From the NCBI GenBank assembly GCA_002189035.1, contig NEEC01000244.1:1-53381 (forward strand): a stretch of DNA of 53,381 nt, written 5' to 3'. The notes under the pieces were generated by a model, which was not told the DNA's origin, did no database searches, and saw only the letters and a list, made by a program, of their open reading frames with translations. A program made the position numbers and the translations under genes. Position 1 is the stretch's first letter; each line of letters starts with the position of its first letter. The DNA is from Utricularia gibba (lineage: Eukaryota > Plantae > Magnoliophyta). Below are positions 1 to 12,800 of the stretch, one piece after another.

Positions 1-3000
1 ACATCCTAACTTCAATAAATGCATCACGATTTTCGTCAAATAGTACCGATTTGGCTCAGGAGTCGAACCGAACTTGGGTCCGGATGAAGTTCCCAACGAA
101 GCACCACCAAAAAAGACAAGCTTTTCCTTCAGAAAATGTAGGCAGTGCCGAAAACCCAACGTTAATAATGGATCACTTTTTTGCCGGGCTACAAATGACT
201 ATGGGCCCGAGTTCGACCGACCTCCGGCCCGATCCTAGTGCCCTCGAGAGCGCCTCCTCAAATAAAAAGCATGTGGTTGAGAAAACCATTTGGGGTGCTC
301 ATGACATCCTAACTTCAATAAATGCATCACGATTTTCGTCGAATAGGACCCGATCGGGCTCAGGAGTCGAACAGAACCTTGGGTCGGATGAACTTCCCAA
401 TGAAAGCACCCACCAAAAACGACAAGCTTTTCCTTCAGAAACAATGTAGGCAGCTGCCGAAAACCCAACGTTAATAAATGGATCACTTTTTTTCCCGGGC
501 TACAAATGACTATGGGCCCGAGCCCGACCCGACCTCGGCCCGATCCTGGTGCCCCTCGAGAGCGCCTCCTCAAATATAAAGCTTGTGGATGAGAAAACCA
601 TTTGGGGTGCTCATGACATCCTAACTTCAATAAATGCATCACGATTTTCGTCGAATAGGACCCGATCGGGCTCAGGAGTCGAACGAACCTTGGGTCCGGA
701 TGAACTTCCCAACGAAAGACCACCCAAAAACGACAAGCTTTTCCTTCAGAAACAATGTAGGCAGCTGCCGAAAACCCAACGTTAATAATGGATCACTTTT
801 TTTGCCGGGCTACAAATGACTATGGGCCGAGCCCGACCCGACCTCGGCCCGATCCTGGTGCCCCTCGAGAGCGCCTCCTCAAATATAAAGCTTGTGGTGA
901 GAAAACCATTTGGGGTGCTCATGACATCCTAACTTCAATAAATGCATCACGATTTTCGTCGAATAGGACCCGATCGGGCTCAGGAGTCGAACAGAACTTG
1001 GGTCCGATGAACTTCCCAACGAAAGCACCCACCCAAAAACGACAAGCTTTTCCTTCAGAAACAATGTAGGCAGCTGCCAAAAACCCAACGTTAATAAATG
1101 GATCACTTTTTTTCCGGGCTACAAATGACTATGGGCCGACATGACCTCCGGCCCGATCCTAGTGCCCCTCGAGAGCGCCTCCTCAAATAAAAAGCTTGTG
1201 GATGAGAAAACCATTGGGGTGCTCATGACATCCTAACTTCAATAAATGCATCACGATTTTCGTCGAATAGGACCGATCGGGCTCAGGAGTCGAACGAACC
1301 TTGGGTCCGGATGAACTTCCCAATGAAAGCACCAACCAAAAACGACAAGCTTTTCCTTCAGAAACCATGTAGGCAGCTGCCGAAAACCCAACGTTAATAA
1401 ATGGATCACTTTTTTTCCGGGCTACAAATGACTATGGGCCCGAGCCCGACCCGACCTCCGGCCCGATCCTAGTGCCCTCGAGAGCGCCTCCTCAAATATA
1501 AAGCTTGTGGATGAGAAAACCATTTGGGGTGCTCATGACATCCTAACTTCAAAAAATGCATCACGATTTTCGTCGAATAGGACCCGATCGGGCTCAGGAG
1601 TCGAACAGAACCTTGGGTCCGGATGAACTTCCCAACGAAAGCACCCACCAAAAACGACAAGCTTTTCCTTCAGAAACAATGTAGGCAGCTGCCGAAAACC
1701 CAACGTTAATAAATGGATCACTTTTTTTGCCGGCTACAAATGACTATGGGCCCGAGCGACCCGACCTCCGGCCCAATCCTAGTGCCCCTCAGAGCGCCTC
1801 CTCAAATAGAAAGCTTGTGGATGAGAAAACCATTTGGGGCTCATGACATCCTAACTTCAATAAATGCATCACGATTTTCGTCAAATAGGACCTGATTTGG
1901 CTCAGGAGTCGAACCGAACTTGGGTCCGGATGAACTTCCCAACGAAAGCACCACCCAAAAACGACAAGCTTTTCCTTCAGAAACCATGTAGGCAGCTGCC
2001 GAAAACCCAACGTTAATTAAATGGATCACTTTTTTGCCGGGCTACAATGACTATGGGCCCGAGTTCGATATGACCTCGGCCCGATCCTAGTGCCCCTCGA
2101 GAGCGCCTCCTCAAATAAAAGCATGTGGTGAGAAAACCATTTGGGGTGCTCATGACATCCTAACTTCAATAAATGCATCACGATTTCGTCGAATAGGACC
2201 CGATTGGGAAGGAGTCGAACAGAACCTTGGGTCCGGATGAACTTCCCAACGAAAGCACCCACCCAAAAACGACAAGCTTTTCCTTCAGAAACAATGTAGG
2301 CAGCTGCCGAAAACCCAACGTTAATAAATGGATCACTTTTTTTGCCGGGCTACAAATGACTATGGGCCCGAGCGACCCGACCTCCGCCCGATCCTGGTGC
2401 CCCTCGAGAGCGCCTCCTCAAATATAAAGCTTGTGGATGAGAAAACCATTTGGGGTGCTCATGACATCCTAACTTCAAAAAATGCATATTTTCGTCGAAT
2501 AGGACCCGATTGGGCTCAGGAGTCGAACCGAACCTTGGGTCCGGATGAACTTCCCAATGAAAGCACCCACCAAAAAACGACAAGCTTTTCCTTCAGAAAC
2601 ATGTAGGCAGCTGCCGAAAACCCAACGTTAATAAATGGATCACTTTTTTTGCCGGGCTACAAATGACTATGGGCCCGAGCCCGACCGACCTCCGGCCCGA
2701 TCCTGTGCCCCTCGAGAGCGCCTCCTCAAATAAAAAGCTGTGGTTGAGAAAACCATTGGGGTGCTCATGACATCCTAACTTCAATAAATGCATCACGATT
2801 TTCGTCGAATAGGACCCGATTGGGCTCAGGAGTCGAAAAGAACCTTGGGTCGGATGAACTTCCCAACGAAAGCACCCACCAAAAACGACAAGCTTTTCCT
2901 TCAGAAACAATGTAGGCAGCTGCCGAAAACCCAACGTTAATAAATGGATCACTTTTTTGGGCTACAAATGACTATGGGCCCGAGCCGACCCGACCTCCGG

Positions 3001-3563
3001 CCCGATCCTGGTGCCCCTCGAGAGCGCCTCCTCAAATATAAAGCTTGTGGATGAAAAACCATTTGGGGTGCTCATGACATCCTAACTTCAATAAATGCAT
3101 CACGATTTTCGTCGAATAGGACCCGATTGGGCTCAGGAGTCGAACAGAACCTTGGGTCCGGATGAACTTCCCAACGAAAGCACCCACCCAAAAAAAGACA
3201 AGCTTTTCCTTCAGAAACCATGTAGGCAGCTGCCGAAAACCCAACGTTAATAATGGATCACTTTTTTTGCCGGGCTACAAATGACTATGGGCCCGAGTTC
3301 GATATGACCTCCGGCCCGATCCTGTGCCCCTCGAGAGCGCCTCCTCAAATAAAAGCATGTGGTTGAGAAAACCATTTGGGGTGCTCATGACATCCTAACT
3401 TCAATAAATGCATCACGATTTTCGTCGAATAGGACCCGATCGGCTCAGGAGTCGAAAGAACCTTGGGTCCGGATGAACTTCCCAACGAAAGCACCCACCC
3501 AAAAACGACAAGCTTTTCCTTCAGAAACCATGTAGGCAGCTGCCGAAAACCCAACGTTAATAA

Positions 3564-3720
3564 ATGGATCACTTTTTTTCCCGGGCTACAAATGACTATG
3601 GGCCCGAGCCCGACCCGACCTCCGGCCCGATCCTGGTGCCCCTCGAGAGCGCCTCCTCAAATATAAAGCTTGTGGATGAGAAAACCATTTGGGGTGCTCA
3701 TGACATCCTAACTTCAATAA
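3564..3720 (+). repeat. Subunit A of the monomer (157 bp)
   Basis: Begins ATGGATCACTTTTTTT and ends CATCCTAACTTCAATAA. Aligns colinearly with subunit B. Confidence 0.9.
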
Positions 3721-3878
3721 ATGCATCACGATTTTCGTCGAATAGGACCCGATCGGGCTCAGGAGTCGAACAGAACCTTGGGTCCGGATGAACTTCCCAA
3801 CGAAAGCACCCACCCAAAAACGACAAGCTTTTCCTTCAGAAACAATGTAGGCAGCTGCCGAAAACCCAACGTTAATAA
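3721..3878 (+). repeat. Subunit B of the monomer (158 bp), diverged homologue of subunit A
   Basis: Begins ATGCATCACGATTTTCG and ends AAACCCAACGTTAATAA. About 58% identity to subunit A by hand alignment with three gap positions. Confidence 0.9.
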
Positions 3879-6800
3879 ATGGATCACTTTTTTTGCCGGG
3901 CTACAAATGACTATGGGCCCGAGTTCGATATGACCTCCGGCCCGATCCTAGTGCCCCTCGAGAGCGCCTCCTCAAATAAAAAGCATGTGGTTGAGAAAAC
4001 CATTTGGGGTGCTCATGACATCCTAACTTCAATAAATGCATCACGATTTTCGTCGAATAGGACCCGATCGGGCTCAGGAGTCGAACGAAACCTTGGGTCC
4101 GGATGAACTTCCCAAAGCACCCACCAAAAACGACAAGCTTTTCCTTCAGAAACCATGTAGGCAGCTGCCGAAAACCCAACGTTAATAAATGGATCACTTT
4201 TTTTTCCGGCTACAAATGACTATGGGCCCGAGCCCGACCCGACCTCCGGCCCGATCCTGGTGCCCTCGAGAGCGCCTCCTCAAATATAAAGCTTGTGGAT
4301 GAGAAAAACCATTTGGGGTGCTCATGACATCCTAACTTCAATAAATGCATCACGATTTTCGTCGAATAGGACCCGATTGGGCTCAGGAGTCGAACAGAAC
4401 CTTGGGTCCGGATGAACTTCCCAACGAAAGCACCCACCCAAAAACGACAAGCTTTTCCTTCAGAAACAATGTAGGCAGCTGCCGAAAACCCAACGTTAAT
4501 AAATGGATCACTTTTTTTGCCGGGCTACAAATGACTATGGGCCCGAGTTCGATATGACCTCCGGCCCATCCTAGTGCCCCTCGAGAGCGCCTCCTCAAAT
4601 AAAAAGCTTGTGGATGAGAAAACCATTTGGGCTCATGACATCCTAACTTCAATAAATGCATCACGATTTTCGTCGAATAGGACCCGATTGGCTCAGGAGT
4701 CGAACCGAAACTTGGGTCCGGATGAAGTTCCCAACGAAGCACCCACCCAAAAAAGACAAGCTTTTCCTTCAGAAACCATGTAGGCAGCTGCCGAAAACCC
4801 AACGTTAATAAATGGATCACTTTTTTTGCCGGGCTACAAATGACTATGGGCCCGAGTTCGATATGACCTCCGGCCCGATCCTAGTGCCCCGAGAGCGCCT
4901 CCTCAAATAAAAAGCTGTGGTTGAGAAAACCATTTGGGGTGCTCATGACATCCTAACTTCAATAAATGCATCACGATTTTCGTCGAATAGGACCCGATCG
5001 GGGAGTCGAAGAACCTTGGGTCGGATGAACTTCCCAATGAAAGCACCCACCAAAAACGACAAGCTTTTCCTTCAGAAACAATGTAGGCAGCTGCCGAAAA
5101 CCCAACGTTAATAAATGGATCACTTTTTTTCCCGGGCTACAAATGACTATGGGCCCGAGCCGACCGACCTCCGGCCCATCCTGGTGCCCCTCGAGAGCGC
5201 CTCCTCAAATATAAAGCTTGTGGATGAGAAAACCATTTGGGGTGCTCATGACATCCTAACTTCAATAAATGCATCACGATTTTCGTCGAATAGGACCCGA
5301 TCGGGGCTCAGGAGTCGAACAGAACCTTGGGTCCGGATGAACTTCCCAACGAAAGCACCCACCCAAAAACGACAAGCTTTTCCTTCAGAAACAATGTAGG
5401 CAGCTGCCGAAAACCCAACGTTAATAAATGGATCACTTTTTTTGCCGGGCTACAAATGACTATGGGCCCGAGCCCGACCCGACCTCCGGCCCGATCCTGG
5501 TGCCCCTCGAGAGCGCCTCCTCAAATATAAAGCTTGTGGATGAGAAAACCATTTGGGGTGCTCATGACATCCTAACTTCAATAAATGCATCACGATTTTC
5601 GTCGAATAGGACCCGATTGGGCTCAGGAGTCGAACAGAACCTTGGGTCCGGATGAACTTCCCAACGAAAGCACCCCCCAAAAACGACAAGCTTTTCCTTC
5701 AGAAACAATGTAGGCAGCTGCCGAAAACCCAACGTTAATAAATGGATCACTTTTTTTGCCGGGCTACAAATGACTATGGGCCGGACCTCCGGCCCGATCC
5801 TAGTGCCCCTCGAGAGCGCCTCCTCAAATAAAAAGCTGTGGTTGAGAAAACCATTGGGTGCTCATGACATCCTAACTTCAATAAATGCATCACGATTTTC
5901 GTCGAATAGGACCCGATTGGCTCAGGAGTCGAAAGAACCTTGGGTCCGGATGAACTTCCCAATGAAAGCACCCACCAAAAACGACAAGCTTTTCCTTCAG
6001 AAACCATGTAGGCAGCTGCCGAAAACCCAACGTTAATAAATGGATCACTTTTTTTCCCGGGCTACAAATGACTATGGGCCCGAGCCCGACCGACCTCCGG
6101 CCCGATCCTGGTGCCCCTCGAGAGCGCCTCCTCAAATATAAAGCTTGTGGTGAGAAAACCATTTGGGGTGCTCATGACATCCTAACTTCAATAAATGCAT
6201 CACGATTTTCGTCGAATAGGACCCGATTGGGCTCAGGAGTCGAACAGAACCTTGGGTCGGATGAACTTCCCAACGAAAGCACCCACCAAAAACGACAAGC
6301 TTTTCCTTCAGAAACAATGTAGGCAGCTGCCGAAAACCCAACGTTAATAAATGGATCACTTTTTTTGCCGGGCTACAAATGACTATGGGCCCGAGCCGAT
6401 ATGACCTCCGGCCCGATCCTAGTGCCCCTCGAGAGCGCCTCCTCAAATAAAAAGCTTGTGGATGAGAAAACCATTTGGGCTCATGACATCCTAACTTCAA
6501 TAAATGCATCACGATTTTCGTCAAATAGGACCCGATTGGCTCAGGAGTCGAACCGAACCTTGGGTCCGGATGAAGTTCCCAACGAAAGCACCCACCAAAA
6601 ACGACAAGCTTTTCCTTCAGAAACCATGTAGGCAGCTGCCGAAAACCCAACGTTAATAAATGGATCACTTTTTTTGCCGGGCTACAAATGACTATGGGCC
6701 CGAGCGACTGACCTCCGGCCCGATCCTAGTGCCCCTCGAGAGCGCCTCCTCAAATAAAAAGCTGTGGTTGAGAAAACCATTTGGGGTGCTCATGACATCC

Positions 6801-9800
6801 TAACTTCAAAAAATGCATCACGATTTTCGTCGAATAGGACCCGATTGGGCAGGAGTCGAACCGAACCTTGGGTCCGGATGAACTTCCCAACGAAAGCACC
6901 CACCCAAAAACGACAAGCTTTTCCTTCAGAAACAATGTAGGCAGCTGCCGAAAACCCAACGTTAATAAATGGATCACTTTTTTTGCCGGCTACAAATGAC
7001 TATGGGCCCGAGCCCGACCCGACCTCCCCCGATCCTGGTGCCCCTCGAGAGCGCCTCCTCAAATATAAAGCTTGTGGATGAGAAAACCATTTGGGGTGCT
7101 CATGACATCCTAACTTCAATAAATGCATCACGATTTTCGTCGAATAGGACCCGATTGGTCAGGAGTCGAACCGAACCTTGGGTCCGGACGAACTTCCCAA
7201 TGAAAGCACCCACCAAAAAACGACAAGCTTTTCCTTCAGAAACCATGTAGGCAGCTGCCGAAAACCCAACGTTAATAAATGGATCACTTTTTTTGCCGGG
7301 CTACAAATGACTATGGGCCGAGCCCGACCCGACCTCCGGCCCGATCCTGGTGCCCCTCGAGAGCGCCTCCTCAAATATAAAGCTTGTGGATGAGAAAACC
7401 ATTTGGGGTGCTCATGACATCCTAACTTCAATAAATGCATCACGATTTTCGTCGAATAGGACCCGATTGGGCTCAGGAGTCGAACAGAACCTGGGTCCGG
7501 ATGAACTTCCCAACGAAAGCACCCACCAAAAACGACAAGCTTTTCCTTCAGAAACAATGTAGGCAGCTGCCGAAAACCCAACGTTAATAAATGGATCACT
7601 TTTTTTGCCGGGCTACAAATGACTATGGGCCCGAGTTCGATATGACCTCCGGCCCGATCCTAGTGCCCCTCGAGAGCGCCTCCTCAAATAAAAAGCTTGT
7701 GGATGAGAAAACCATTTGGGTTCATGACATCCTAACTTCAATAAATGCATCACGATTTTCGTCGAATAGGACCCGATTGGCTCAGGAGTCGAACCGAACC
7801 TTGGGTCCGGATGAACTTCCCAACGAAAGCACCCACCCAAAAAGACAAGCTTTTCCTTCAGAAACCATGTAGGCAGCTGCCGAAAACCCAACGTTAATAA
7901 ATGGATCACTTTTTTGCCGGGCTACAAATGACTATGGGCCCGAGTTCGATATGACCTCCGGCCCGATCCTAGTGCCCCTCGAGAGCGCCTCCTCAAATAA
8001 AAAGCATGTGGTTGAGAAAACCATTGGGGGTGCTCATGACATCCTAACTTCAATAAATGCATCACGATTTTCGTCGAATAGGACCCGATTGGGCTCAGGA
8101 GTCGAACGAACCTTGGGTCCGGATGAACTTCCCAACGAAAGCACCCACCAAAAACGACAAGCTTTTCCTTCAGAAACAATGTAGGCAGCTGCCGAAAACC
8201 CAACGTTAATAAATGGATCACTTTTTTTCCCGGGCTACAAATGACTATGGGCCCGAGCCCGACCCGACCTCCGGCCCGATCCTGGTGCCCCTCGAGAGCG
8301 CCTCCTCAAATATAAAGCTTGTGGATGAGAAAACATTTTGGGGTGCTCATGACATCCTAACTTCAATAAATGCATCACGATTTTCGTCGAATAGGACCCG
8401 ATCGGGCTCAGGAGTCGAACAGAACCTTGGGTCCGGATGAACTTCCCAACGAAAGCACCCACCAAAAACGACAAGCTTTTCCTTCAGAAACAATGTAGGC
8501 AGCTGCCGAAAACCCAACGTTAATAAATGGATCACTTTTTTTGCCGGGCTACAAATGACTATGGCCCGAGCGACGACCTCCGGCCCGATCCTAGTGCCCC
8601 TCGAGAGCGCCTCCTCAAATATAAAGCTTGTGGATGAGAAAACCATTTGGGGTGCTCATGACATCCTAACTTCAATAAATGCATCACGATTTTCGTCGAA
8701 TAGGACCCGATTGGGCTCAGGAGTCGAACCGAACCTTGGGTCCGGATGAACTTCCCAATGAAAGCACCCACCAAAAACGACAAGCTTTTCCTTCAGAAAC
8801 CATGTAAGCAGCTGCCGAAAACCCAACGTTAATAAATGGATCACTTTTTTTGCCGGGCTACAAATGACTATGGGCCCGAGCCCGACCCGACCTTCGGCCC
8901 GATCCTGGTGCCCCTCGAGAGCGCCTCCTCAAATATAAAGCTTGTGGATGAGAAAACCATTTGGGGTGCTCATGACATCCTAACTTCAATAAATGCATCA
9001 CGATTTTCGTCGAATAGGACCCGATCGGGCTCAGGAGTCGAACAGAACCTTGGGTCCGGATGAACTTCCCAACGAAAGCACCCACCCAAAAACGACAAGC
9101 TTTTCCTTCAGAAACAATGTAGGCAGCTGCCGAAAACCCAACGTTAATAAATGGATCACTTTTTTTGCCGGGCTACAAATGACTATGGGCCCGATTTCGA
9201 CAAGACCTCCGGCCCGATCCTAGTGCCCCTCGAGAGCGCCTCCTCAAATAAAAAGCATGTGGTTGAGAAAACCATTTGGGGTGCTCATGACATCCTAACT
9301 TCAATAAATGCATCACGATTTTCGTCGAATAGGACCCGATTGGGCTCAGGAGTCGAACGAACCTTGGGTCCGGATGAACTTCCCAACGAAAGCACCCACC
9401 AAAAACGACAAGCTTTTCCTTCAGAAACCATGTAGGCAGCTGCCGAAAACCCAACGTTAATAAATGGATCACTTTTTTTCCCGGGCTACAAATGACTATG
9501 GGCCCGAGCCCGACCCACCTCCGGCCCGATCCTGGTGCCCCTCGAGAGCGCCTCCTCAAATATAAAGCTTGTGGATGAGAAAACCATTTGGGGTGCTCAT
9601 GACATCCTAACTTCAATAAATGCATCACGATTTTCGTCGAATAGGACCCGATTGGGCTCAGGAGTCGAACCGAACCTTGGGTCCGGATGAACTTCCCAAC
9701 GAAAGCACCCACCCAAAAACGACAAGCTTTTCCTTCAGAAACAATGTAGGCAGCTGCCGAAAACCCAACGTTAATAAATGGATCACTTTTTTTGCCGGGC

Positions 9801-12800
9801 TACAAATGACTATGGGCCCGAGTTCGAGACCTCCGCCGATCCTAGTGCCCCTCGAGAGCGCCTCCTCAAATAAAAGCTTGTGGATGAGAAAACCATTTGG
9901 GTGCTCATGACATCCTAACTTCAATAAATGCATCACGATTTTCGTCGAATAGGACCCGATTGGGCTCAGGAGTCGAACCGAACCTTGGGTCCGGATGAAC
10001 TTCCCAACGAAAGCACCCACCAAAAAAGACAAGCTTTTCCTTCAGAAACCATGTAGGCAGCTGCCGAAAACCCAACGTTAATAAATGGATCACTTTTTTG
10101 CCGGGCTACAAATGACTATGGGCCCGAGTTCGACCGACCTCCGGCCCGATCCTGTGCCCCTCGAGAGCGCCTCCTCAAATAAAAAGCTGTGGTTGAGAAA
10201 ACCATTGGGGGTGCTCATGACATCCTAACTTCAATAAATGCATCACGATTTTCGTCGAATAGGACCCGATTGGGCTCAGGAGTCGAACAGAACCTTGGGT
10301 CCGGATGAACTTCCCAACGAAAGCACCCACCCAAAAACGACAAGCTTTTCCTTCAGAAACAATGTAGGCAGCTGCCGAAAACCCAACGTTAATAAATGGA
10401 TCACTTTTTTTCCCGGGCTACAAATGACTATGGGCCCGAGCCCGACCCGACCTCGGCCCGATCCTGGTGCCCCTCGAGAGCGCCTCCTCAAATATAAAGC
10501 TTGTGGATGAGAAAACCATTTGGGGTGCTCATGACATCCTAACTTCAATAAATGCATCACGATTTTCGTCGAATAGGACCCGATTGGGCTCAGGAGTCGA
10601 ACAGAACCTTGGGTCCGGATGAACTTCCCAACGAAAGCACCCACCCAAAAACGACAAGCTTTTCCTTCAGAAACATGTAGGCAGCTGCCGAAAACCCAAC
10701 GTTAATAAATGGATCACTTTTTTTGCCGGGCTACAAATGACTATGGGCCCGAGTTCGACGACCTCCGGCCGATCCTAGTGCCCCGAGAGCGCCTCCTCAA
10801 ATAAAAAGCATGTGGTTGAAAACCATTTGGGGTGCTCATGACATCCTAACTTCAATAAATGCATCACGATTTTCGTCGAATAGGACCCGATTGGGCTCAG
10901 GAGTCGAACGAACCTTGGGTCCGGATGAACTTCCCAACGAAAGCACCCACCAAAAACGACAAGCTTTTCCTTCAGAAACCATGTAGGCAGCTGCCGAAAA
11001 CCCAACGTTAATAAATGGATCACTTTTTTTCCCGGGCTACAAATGACTATGGGCCCGAGCCGACCCGACCTCCGGCCCGATCCTGGTGCCCCTCGAGAGC
11101 GCCTCCTCAAATATAAAAGCTTGTGGATGAGAAAACCATTTGGGGTGCTCATGACATCCTAACTTCAATAAATGCATCACGATTTTCGTCGAATAGGACC
11201 CGATTGGGCTCAGGAGTCGAACAGAACCTTGGGTCCGGATGAACTTCCCAACGAAAGCACCCACCCAAAAACGACAAGCTTTTCCTTCAGAAACAATGTA
11301 GGCAGCTGCCGAAAACCCAACGTTAATAAATGGATCACTTTTTTTGCCGGGCTACAAATGACTATGGGCCCGAGTTCGATGACTCCGGCCAATCCTAGTG
11401 CCCCTCGAGAGCGCCTCCTCAAATAAAAGCTTGTGGATGAGAAAACCATTTGGGGCTCATGACATCCTAACTTCAATAAATGCATCACGATTTTCGTCGA
11501 ATAGGACCCGATTGGGCTCAGGAGTCGAACCGAACCTTGGGTCCGGATGAACTTCCCAACGAAAGCACCCACCCAAAAACGACAAGCTTTTCCTTCAGAA
11601 ACATGTAGGCAGCTGCCGAAAACCCAACGTTAATAAATGGATCACTTTTTTTCCCGGCTACAAATGACTATGGGCCCGAGCCGACCCGACCTCCGGCCCG
11701 ATCCTGGTGCCCCTCGAGAGCGCCTCCTCAAATAAAAGCTTGTGGATGAGAAAACCATTTGGGGCTCATGACATCCTAACTTCAATAAATGCATCACGAT
11801 TTTCGTCGAATAGGACCCGATTGGCTCAGGAGTCGAACCGAACCTTGGGTCCGGATGAACTCCCAACGAAAGCACCCACCCAAAAAAGACAAGCTTTTCC
11901 TTCAGAAACATGTAGGCAGCTGCCGAAAACCCAACGTTAATAAATGGATCACTTTTTTGCCGGGCTACAAATGACTATGGGCCCGAGTTCGATATGACCT
12001 CCGCCCGATCCTAGTGCCCCTCGAGAGCGCCTCCTCAAATAAAAAGCTGTGGTTGAGAAAACCATTTGGGGTGCTCATGACATCCTAACTTCAATAAATG
12101 CATCACGATTTTCGTCGAATAGGACCCGATTGGGCTCAGGAGTCGAACCGAACCTTGGGTCCGGACGAACTTCCCAACGAAAGCACCCACCAAAAACGAC
12201 AAGCTTTTCCTTCAGAAACCATGTAGGCAGCTGCCGAAAACCCAACGTTAATAAATGGATCACTTTTTTTCCGGGCTACAAATGACTATGGGCCCGAGCC
12301 CGACCGACCTCCGGCCCGATCCTGGTGCCCCTCGAGAGCGCCTCCTCAAATAAAAGCTTGTGGATGAGAAAACCATTTGGGGTGCTCATGACATCCTAAC
12401 TTCAATAAATGCATCACGATTTTCGTCAAATAGGACCCGATTGGGCTCAGGAGTCGAACAAACCTTGGGTCCGGATGAACTTCCCAACGAAAGCACCCAC
12501 CCAAAAAGACAAGCTTTTCCTTCAGAAACATGTAGGCAGCTGCCGAAAACCCAACGTTAATAAATGGATCACTTTTTTTGCCGGGCTACAAATGACTATG
12601 GGCCCGAGCCCGACCGACCTCCGGCCCGATCCTGTGCCCCTCGAGAGCGCCTCCTCAAATATAAAGCTTGTGTTGAGAAAACCATTTGGGCTCATGACAT
12701 CCTAACTTCAATAAATGCATCACGATTTTCGTCGAATAGGACCCGATTGGCTCAGGAGTCGAACCGAACCTTGGGTCCGGATGAACTTCCCAACGAAAGC

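Larger units (their letters stand above)
3564..3878 (+). repeat. Representative full-length monomer (315 bp, ~50% GC)
   Basis: Runs from ATGGATCAC at 3564 to the base before the next ATGGATCAC at 3879. Contains ApaI 3600, XhoI 3642, HindIII 3666 and 3825, BspHI 3698, NsiI 3721, BspEI 3783, PvuII within GGCAGCTGCC 3850-3859, and AclI 3868. Confidence 0.97.

Noticed and set aside
3692-3811. Hammerhead-ribozyme-like arrangement: GGGUGCU-C ... CGGAUGA-(10 nt)-GAAAGCACCC (satellite-borne hammerheads are known from newts and schistosomes)
   Set aside because: A 7-bp stem III and a UH site can be drawn. However, the core has G in place of the conserved U4, stem II opens with an A-C mismatch, and no stem I forms between AUGACAUCC and CUUGGGUC. 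No CUGANGA occurs on either strand of the consensus. An Infernal search with the Rfam hammerhead models, or an in vitro cleavage assay, would settle it.
3686-3870. Telomere-like words (TTTGGGG, CTTGGG, ATTGGG, CCCAAAA, CCTAAC)
   Set aside because: These are isolated 5-7 bp matches expected by chance. There is no tandem TTTAGGG or TTAGGG tract anywhere, so they do not show a subtelomeric location.
3564-3878. 10-bp phased A/T tracts implying intrinsic curvature
   Set aside because: A and T tracts are present but irregularly spaced by eye. I cannot support phasing without a periodicity or curvature calculation.
3716-3880. AATAAA polyadenylation-like hexamers at both subunit junctions, and a TATAAA box-like word in AATATAAAGC
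   Set aside because: There is no gene or transcript context. The words sit in A-rich tracts and are polymorphic (AATAAA/AAAAAA, TATAAA/TAAAAA).
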